Below are positions 54,785 to 61,231 of a stretch of DNA of 61,231 nt, piece after piece. The notes beneath the pieces were generated by a model. That model had not been told where the DNA came from, did not search any database, and saw nothing but the letters and a program-made list of their open reading frames with translations. The stretch spans positions 1-61,231 of IMG/VR virus record IMGVR_UViG_3300044878_000136. One strand, written 5' to 3'. This DNA comes from a virus (lineage: Duplodnaviria > Heunggongvirae > Uroviricota > Caudoviricetes). Position 1 is the first letter of the stretch. Each line of letters opens with the position of its first letter. The translations under genes and the position numbers were made by a program.

Positions 54785-57194
54785 ATTCGAATTCCACATG
54801 TTCGTTGTAACGGTGAGGGTAGTTGATGTTCCGATCATCAATGATGATGACTTCTGAATCTGGGAACGCCCGCTGGTTATCAGGATCGTGACTGATGATC
54901 AGGATCTGACTGAACCGATCACTGTCCACCAAGTCTTTGATCAGAGGGATGAGGTTGTGTGCGTGTGCTTCGTCGAACGTCCGACCAGGCTCGTCCAAGA
55001 ACAGAGGATACCCTGTCATGTTCAAGCAATAGTAGAGCGTCAACACAAACGCACGGTTCACGATCTCAAGCATCGAGTCAGACCCGTCTGCAATGTCCTT
55101 ACGTTGACGGTTCTCGTCAATGATCGGGAACTTGTAGTCGAGGTCCGCCCCTTCACGCTCAGGCATCTGAATAAACAGAGGATGTTGCCATACCCGTTTG
55201 ATCATAGAGTTGACGCCACCCACGATGGCACCGATCTGCGCTGTGATCTGTTCTGCAATCAACCCGGTCTTTGGAGACATCGCATCAGTCAGGTGTTTGT
55301 ACGCCTGCTGTTCAATCAGCTTCTTCTCCAATTGCAGTTCGAGGTCCTTGACGATCGTCATCACCAAGTCGTCTTCTGCCAGAGCCGTTTCGTTGATAGC
55401 CAGGGTGGTCTGAAGTTTCGCAATCTCTTCATCCGCCATGACTTCTGCTTCACGGTCCAAATACGCAACCAGCTTTAACTTCCAGTCCTCAACCTTCTCC
55501 TCGACCTCACCATACCACTGAGCGAAGAGTAAGTCGTAGGAACGGTCGTCTTTGACATCACGCAGTTCTTGATCGACCGCATTTCGATCTTCGAACGTTT
55601 TACGATAGCTCTTGAACAGAGCATCGCGTTGTTCTGTCAATTCGCTGAAACCAGCACCTTCTCGTTCGTAGCTTTCCAGAGCGTTCTTGATCTCAGTGAT
55701 CCGCTTGTTCAATGCAGTCGACTTCTCATGCAGGGTTACTGCACGCTCGTACATTGCCAGCTTCTCGTAGAGACCACGACCCAGATCGAAACCACCCACG
55801 CTGTCCAAGTAAGCGAACAGACCCGGATGTTGTTGCACGTACTGACGACGGACATCTTCTAGTCCAGCAAACGCCTTATAGTTGCTGTCCGCCTCAGACA
55901 GTTCATCTTGCAGGGTACGGACTTCGCCCGAGACCGACTTGATGAACTCTTCACCTTTGTTCTGCCGGTCACGCAACTCACCGACTTCCGTAGGATTGAT
56001 CCCCGGTTTGAAACCATGCTGACACGAAGGACAGGTCACGGTGTCGCAGCGCTCGATCTGGTGCAGTCGTTCACCAATGGTGTTCAACAGGTTGTCGGCT
56101 TTGCTGAACGCGATCTGACGAGACTGTAGGCGATCAGAGATCGACATTAGAATGTCATGCGTCACACGGGTAGCAGGTAGTTCTGCGCAAGCGAACCGTA
56201 ACGCTTGGATCACATGGTCGCAGCGCACAATCAGCGAAGGGTTGATGTCGATGGTGAACATCGGCAAACCATTCAACTGTTCCGTCAAGACCTTGTGCTC
56301 ATCGGTCAAGGCATCAGGGTCGACTTCCATCAACGACTTGATGCGTTCCAACCGATGGTTCAGATCGGCGAGGTTTGTCCCCCGCTCTTCTTGCACAGCC
56401 TTTAATGCAGCAGACCGACTCGTGAGATCTTCCACCAAATCGTCGTAGGTCTTCCCGCCCTGTAACAGGCGTGGGTATTCCATACGGCTAAAGGTGTCGA
56501 ACCCATTGAACAGAGCGTTGTACTCGTCCTGTAGGTCAGCCATGCTGATGAAGTCTCCCTCACTACGAGGAATCGACATCAGCGAACGAATCTCAGCTTT
56601 CAAGGTGACAGCACGAGCACGCATCTCGATAGCGTCATCAGGTTCCAGCAAACGTTTGCGTTCATCGTTAAGACGACCACGCAAGAACGTTACGACGGAA
56701 GAGGCAGCTGAGTAGCCTTTACGGAAACGTTCGAACTGACGGAATGCAAAGCTGAAGTCTGATTCAGACATCCGCGCAATCCAATCACGGCGTTCGTTAG
56801 GTTTCAAGTCAGTGAACTTGGTCTTGCCAATAACGAAGTTGTGGATCTCAGGTGTATAGTTGAAATACTCCTTGCAGAGTTCCAACTGAACTGTGATCGT
56901 ATGACCGTCGTTCTTTTCTTCGCCGTCTACGCTGAAGGAGTAATACTTCTTCTGTTCGTACTTCTCGATGATGACGAACTTCCTACCCCGATCGTGGATA
57001 TGGACTTCACGTCCACCGCCTGGGAAGAAGTCTTTCTCGTTCGTTGGGAGTGGAGAGAAGCCTATCGACAACAGACTACTCTTTCCGGAACCGTTTGTCC
57101 CCAGCACTTGTTGGATGCGCTTGGTTGGACGAATGACAATAGTAGGCTTGCTGAGCCGGTTGCATTTGTGAATGCGAATGTAATCGTAAAACAT
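54765..57194 (-). CDS. sbcC: SbcC/Rad50-like SMC ATPase (phiKZ gp165-like)
   Basis: Walker A GTNGSGKSS, coiled coils, zinc hook CPSC, Walker B LFLDEP, ISH switch. Confidence 0.92.
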   Translation of the reverse strand: MFYDYIRIHKCNRLSKPTIVIRPTKRIQQVLGTNGSGKSSLLSIGFSPLPTNEKDFFPGGGREVHIHDRGRKFVIIEKYEQKKYYSFSVDGEEKNDGHTITVQLELCKEYFNYTPEIHNFVIGKTKFTDLKPNERRDWIARMSESDFSFAFRQFERFRKGYSAASSVVTFLRGRLNDERKRLLEPDDAIEMRARAVTLKAEIRSLMSIPRSEGDFISMADLQDEYNALFNGFDTFSRMEYPRLLQGGKTYDDLVEDLTSRSAALKAVQEERGTNLADLNHRLERIKSLMEVDPDALTDEHKVLTEQLNGLPMFTIDINPSLIVRCDHVIQALRFACAELPATRVTHDILMSISDRLQSRQIAFSKADNLLNTIGERLHQIERCDTVTCPSCQHGFKPGINPTEVGELRDRQNKGEEFIKSVSGEVRTLQDELSEADSNYKAFAGLEDVRRQYVQQHPGLFAYLDSVGGFDLGRGLYEKLAMYERAVTLHEKSTALNKRITEIKNALESYEREGAGFSELTEQRDALFKSYRKTFEDRNAVDQELRDVKDDRSYDLLFAQWYGEVEEKVEDWKLKLVAYLDREAEVMADEEIAKLQTTLAINETALAEDDLVMTIVKDLELQLEKKLIEQQAYKHLTDAMSPKTGLIAEQITAQIGAIVGGVNSMIKRVWQHPLFIQMPEREGADLDYKFPIIDENRQRKDIADGSDSMLEIVNRAFVLTLYYCLNMTGYPLFLDEPGRTFDEAHAHNLIPLIKDLVDSDRFSQILIISHDPDNQRAFPDSEVIIIDDRNINYPHRYNEHVEFEYAEADD

Positions 57195-57261
57195 GATTTT
57201 AGCAGCTCCGAGCCTTTCTTCTTTACCATACTTTGAGTGTGTGAAACTTTACGAGGTAGAC

Positions 57262-58107
57262 ATGGCTAGGGCTTCAGCGTTTAAGATGGTGGGCGTTGGC
57301 GTCTGCGCCAGCAACAAGGAGCTTGGCTCCAAGATCATCGACGTAACACCAACTGAATGGCTCCCGATGCACGATGGGGAGATGGCTTCCAATCCGACGA
57401 AGATGACGCACAAGTCTACTAACGTCGATGGGAATGAAGAACAGGGCATGATCCTCTTGGATCAGGTAGTGCAGGCTACGTGGATGCCTAGCGGGACTAA
57501 CCGCCTAACCGCACCTGACGTACGCCGTGGTGTCCATGTCGAGCTGTGGGCCACCGCAGACAGCGACAAGTACTACTGGAAGCCCATGGGGCTGGATGAC
57601 CACCTCCATAAGCTCGAAACCATCATCTTCGGCATCAGTAACACCACTGACGAAGGCGATACCGAACTCAAACCAGAGAACATGTACTGGATCGAGTTCT
57701 CCACGCACAGCAAGAAGATTGCACTGTCGACCAGTAAGTCCAACGGCGAGCCTTTCCTGTACGAGATGTTCTTCGACACGGAGAAGGGTGAGTTCCAGTT
57801 GACGGATGACATCGGCAATTTCATCAACTTGCAGAGCAAGCTCAACCTGATCCACGCACAGAATGCCAAAGGCACGTTCATCAAGATCGATCAGAAAGAC
57901 ATCAAGATGTACGCACCCCAGGACATCAACGCCGAAGCCGTGCGTGACGTGTCGGTCAAGGCCGGTCGTAACATGGCACTCGATGCGAAGAATAACCTCA
58001 CCGCTAAAGGTGGTGTGTTGGCCAGTATCGATGGTGGGGGCAGTAAGATGACACTCACTGCGGGTGGCACTACCCTCAAAACTCCTAAGTTCACAGGTAG
58101 CCGCTGA
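57262..58107 (+). CDS. baseplate central spike (phiKZ gp164-like)
   Basis: GAGG RBS before MARAS. OB-fold-like N-terminus with NRLTAPDVRRG, beta-helix-like C-terminus, followed by PAAR. Confidence 0.8.
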   Translation: MARASAFKMVGVGVCASNKELGSKIIDVTPTEWLPMHDGEMASNPTKMTHKSTNVDGNEEQGMILLDQVVQATWMPSGTNRLTAPDVRRGVHVELWATADSDKYYWKPMGLDDHLHKLETIIFGISNTTDEGDTELKPENMYWIEFSTHSKKIALSTSKSNGEPFLYEMFFDTEKGEFQLTDDIGNFINLQSKLNLIHAQNAKGTFIKIDQKDIKMYAPQDINAEAVRDVSVKAGRNMALDAKNNLTAKGGVLASIDGGGSKMTLTAGGTTLKTPKFTGSR

Positions 58108-58373
58108 TGTCTCTTATCTCTTTGGTCGGTCAGAGTCAAGCTGGTGGGGTCATTACAGGTCCAGGAGCTCCTACGTGGACGGCTGAAGGCCTTCCGATGT
58201 CTTTGCTAGGCGATGGGGTGGCTGGACACGGCAATGGCCCTCACCAAGGTCCTGCGATGGTTCAGGGTTCATCGTGGATGACGATCGATGGAATCCCGGT
58301 GGTAGTGAGTGGGTGTCTCGCCAGCTGTTCTCACCAAGCTGATGGCAATGCGTGGTTTGAACTCCCGATATAA
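58107..58373 (+). CDS. PAAR-domain spike tip protein
   Basis: GLPMSLLGD..AGHG..PH...MVQGS....IDGIPVVVSGCLASCSH. TGATG coupling to the spike gene. Confidence 0.88.
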   Translation: MSLISLVGQSQAGGVITGPGAPTWTAEGLPMSLLGDGVAGHGNGPHQGPAMVQGSSWMTIDGIPVVVSGCLASCSHQADGNAWFELPI

Positions 58374-58376
58374 ACG

Positions 58377-58412
58377 GCATACAGGCTGGGGCCATCCCCA
58401 GCCTGCTTATGC
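58377..58412. terminator. bidirectional TATGC-family hairpin
   Basis: GCATACAGGCTGGGG-CCAT-CCCCAGCCTGCTTATGC between convergent genes. Confidence 0.8.
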
Positions 58413-59669
58413 TCAATACTTCAAGCGTTCGTTGAAGATGTCCATCAGGTAGGCGCTGATGTACTCCTTATTAGGAGCGTGTAGCACCGAGTCGTTCTGA
58501 TAGGCATCGCCCTCCATCACGTTGCGTGTGTCGTGCAGGTACTTCGGATGGTTGTTGCTGTCCACCGCTAAGCAATACACGCCACCCTGACCGTGGATGG
58601 TGTACGGAGGTAACATGCCGTTACCCAGGATCAATGGCTTGGTCGGAGGGACGTAGCTATAGTAGCGACCAGCCAAGCCGGTACGTTCCACCGGTACGTT
58701 CTCGAAGAACAGGTTGTCGGTTTCCACAGTGATGATGAAGGTGTTGCTCATCGACAGGTATGCTTTGATGCACGCGTCGGTGTTCATCTCTGCAATGTCC
58801 AACGCACCGGTGTGTTCGGTGTTGCGATCCATCAAGGTGGTCACTGGACTCCAGTCGATCAACTTGCGGGTGTCGTTGTAACGACGCCAGATAGGAAGCT
58901 TCCACCACTCGACCATGACCGAGTTATCGCCGAGGACTTTGTACTGATGATTCTCAGTGTGGAGGAAACCACCCACAACCACCATGACGTACTTGCCAGT
59001 GAAGTCTGCACCCTCAGCGGTGATCACAGCACCTTCTACCAGAGGCAACCCTTTACGACCGGTGATCATGTCGGCAGTAATAGGGAAGCATTCGATCTTG
59101 CCAACTTTCTTGAAGCTGATCAGACCCACTTCGTTACGGCCGGAATGCCGCACACTGCGACCACCATCGATCACACGGAAACCGTCATCACCTGCGTCTG
59201 TTAAATGCAGGAGTCCGTTGACGCTGACCAGGCAGTGATCGAACATGTCCAGGTAATCGGTGTCCGGACGTGTCAGGCGCAAGTGAGTCAGTTCCGAATC
59301 AGGGTATTCATTACCCTCACCCGCCAAGGGGTGGACTCGTTCCATCTTGTAGCCGGCAGCGAAAGCCTCGGAAGCGAGAGCGCTGGACTTGACCACCGTT
59401 GGTACGGTCATCTCGAACGGAAGGTCAGCGTCACCGTTAGCGGTCAACCACGTCGTCACCGTCAGGTTCGGATCGAGTTGATAGAAGCTATCGGCTACTT
59501 TGGAAACGTCGAGACTGACATCGTTATCGAGTGCTGGGTGGGATAGGATGAGGATGCACTGACTGTACGTGGTCATGAGATCACGCAGTTTGGTGCTCCG
59601 GATATCCAGCTCTGTCAACCGTTGGTTTGGTCCACGAAGACTCGCCATTGCCCTTACATAGCTAAACAT
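58413..59669 (-). CDS. virion structural protein
   Basis: GGGAG RBS before MFSYVRA. Beta-rich, CLVSVNGLLH motif. Confidence 0.65.
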   Translation of the reverse strand: MFSYVRAMASLRGPNQRLTELDIRSTKLRDLMTTYSQCILILSHPALDNDVSLDVSKVADSFYQLDPNLTVTTWLTANGDADLPFEMTVPTVVKSSALASEAFAAGYKMERVHPLAGEGNEYPDSELTHLRLTRPDTDYLDMFDHCLVSVNGLLHLTDAGDDGFRVIDGGRSVRHSGRNEVGLISFKKVGKIECFPITADMITGRKGLPLVEGAVITAEGADFTGKYVMVVVGGFLHTENHQYKVLGDNSVMVEWWKLPIWRRYNDTRKLIDWSPVTTLMDRNTEHTGALDIAEMNTDACIKAYLSMSNTFIITVETDNLFFENVPVERTGLAGRYYSYVPPTKPLILGNGMLPPYTIHGQGGVYCLAVDSNNHPKYLHDTRNVMEGDAYQNDSVLHAPNKEYISAYLMDIFNERLKY

Positions 59670-59755
59670 GTTTGACTCCCGTTGAGACATTCAAAAATTA
59701 TATGCGTTACACCCCAGCTGCGGGCCTCTGCCCGTATTAGGACCGGAGAAGTTTA

Positions 59756-60637
59756 ATGGCACTTAACGATTACTTGTATCCGTTGGATATCACGGGTCAG
59801 GCCGCTACGAACAAGGTGCTCAATGAGCGCCAAACACTGAATCCTCCAGGCGAACCACTGGACTACCATTTCATCCTGCCATTCGCCGGACCTTACTTCC
59901 GCGACACCATGAAGTTGGTTCACATCACTACCGGCCGTACGCTGGTGCGTGGTGTCGACTGGATGCCGGGGCATAAGTTCCACAGCGCAAGCTTCGAACT
60001 CGAAGGTATCCGTGGCGGTATCTACTCCTCCATCTTATTCATGGACCGTGGCCTGTCTGGTCAGGTGCAGATGCAGGAGTACCAGACCCTCGGTGGTGAG
60101 TGGACTCTCAGCGAACAGAAGATCCTCGAGATCCTGTCCAACCGTGCGGTCGATCCACGCTCGTTGACCTACGACGAAGTGTCGGGCAAGCCGAACGTCT
60201 TCCCGCCGATCGAGCACTCGCATGACGTGAGTGACTTGACCGGCATGTTTGAGCTGATCCAGTCCAACTACGACATCTCGGCCGCTGTTCGTGACCGCGA
60301 CGTTACCGTTGAGCAATTGCTCGCCGATCTGCTTCAAGCGCTGATCGATGCCAAGCCGAAGTACGCCGCCACTCGTATCATCCCGGCTGGTCAGTACATC
60401 GACATCAACCTGGCAACGCTCTTGGGTGCGAAAGCTCCATCTTACGACATGCTGAGTGCCGGTATCGATGTACGGGTGAAGAACCTGGACAACACGTCGC
60501 CGACCTTCAACATGTACATCAACGCAACTGATATCGCGACCTCTGGCGTCAACGCCGCAGGCCTCGTACGGATCATGAACTACTACACGGTAGATCTGGA
60601 ATTCCACATCCGTATCGACGTTCCGCGATTCGCATAA
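59756..60637 (+). CDS. virion/tail-associated protein
   Basis: GGAG RBS, TATG at 59701. N-terminal YPLDITGQAATN and KPNVFPPIEHSH motif typical of tail-fibre-related proteins. Confidence 0.7.
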   Translation: MALNDYLYPLDITGQAATNKVLNERQTLNPPGEPLDYHFILPFAGPYFRDTMKLVHITTGRTLVRGVDWMPGHKFHSASFELEGIRGGIYSSILFMDRGLSGQVQMQEYQTLGGEWTLSEQKILEILSNRAVDPRSLTYDEVSGKPNVFPPIEHSHDVSDLTGMFELIQSNYDISAAVRDRDVTVEQLLADLLQALIDAKPKYAATRIIPAGQYIDINLATLLGAKAPSYDMLSAGIDVRVKNLDNTSPTFNMYINATDIATSGVNAAGLVRIMNYYTVDLEFHIRIDVPRFA

Positions 60638-60647
60638 GGGGACGTTC

Positions 60648-61231
60648 ATGGCTACGCCTAGTATCCAGATGTCGAAACCGGGTGGGCTCTACCGTACTGT
60701 ACAGGCATTGACTTGGCAGTTGAGCGATCAGGTGGAGCGATTCAGCTTCACCGTCAACGGTGTTCAGCCGACGATGTCGAAGTACATCGCCTACGACACC
60801 TTGACGCCACCCAACCCATTCATCGCGGTAACGCAGGACGGCGCTGGTAACGTAGTTTACGACGGGGGCTTCCCGAAGTTCTACAACATCTACGCTCCGG
60901 CAGCGAATGCCACCTTCGCTCAATTGTCGGCCAGCTTTAAGTTCCTGTACAACGCCATCAACTTCTGTGCGAACAAGAAGAAGACGGACATCGGGAACAA
61001 GCGGATCCTGCTGTTGGGTGATGGTGGTAGTTCGAACAACAGCGGTAACTACCGAGTGTTGTACGGTGGGGAGTACGACTTCTACACCAGCTTTACCAAC
61101 CTGGCCAAGATCGCTGGATACAAGATCACGATCAAGGATCGGGTGAACTACTCGGGTGGTTACATCGACGCTCGTTTCGCTGAGCTCGATCAGTACTGCA
61201 TGGTCATCGTGATGTCGTCCGACTATCAACA
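60648..61231 (+). CDS. probable virion/tail-associated protein, runs off the window end
   Basis: AAGGGG RBS. MATPSIQMSKPGG...NVVYDGGFPKFYN...VMSSDYQ is open to the end. Not in the ORF track. Confidence 0.75.
   Translation, partial: MATPSIQMSKPGGLYRTVQALTWQLSDQVERFSFTVNGVQPTMSKYIAYDTLTPPNPFIAVTQDGAGNVVYDGGFPKFYNIYAPAANATFAQLSASFKFLYNAINFCANKKKTDIGNKRILLLGDGGSSNNSGNYRVLYGGEYDFYTSFTNLAKIAGYKITIKDRVNYSGGYIDARFAELDQYCMVIVMSSDYQ

Noticed and set aside
1-61231. tRNA, rRNA or large structured ncRNA genes; stop-codon reassignment
   Set aside because: No cloverleaf or T-loop signatures were seen in the short intergenic gaps. Core genes are full length under the standard code.

Overview
This window is a segment of a phiKZ-like (Chimalliviridae-type, nucleus-forming) jumbo myophage genome with a G+C-leaning codon bias. 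It carries the virion and core block. Core genes seen: terminase large subunit, three baseplate/virion genes, tail sheath and tube, an inner-head protein, the prohead protease, four pieces of the split virion RNA polymerase (beta-N, beta'-N with DFDGD, beta-C, probable beta'-C), and a 2653-aa tape-measure/lytic-transglycosylase protein. Also present are UvsX/RecA, RNase H, a spanin pair, SbcC/Rad50, a central spike and a PAAR protein. Accessory islands lie at about 0-3.4 kb, 14-20.3 kb and 42-45 kb. Notable observations: (1) a GIY-YIG homing endonuclease inserted in frame into the 5' end of a NADAR-like gene, with that gene's N-terminus duplicated; (2) a family of transcript-end hairpins with a TATGC tail instead of a U-tract, including an identical 42-bp copy 51 kb apart; (3) a cluster of membrane micro-proteins and a paralogous domain family behind early-promoter-like motifs; (4) a candidate anti-defence protein; (5) several unannotated, translationally coupled micro-ORFs. 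phiKZ gp numbers come from remembered synteny and motifs, not from database searches. No tRNA, rRNA or CRISPR array was seen.
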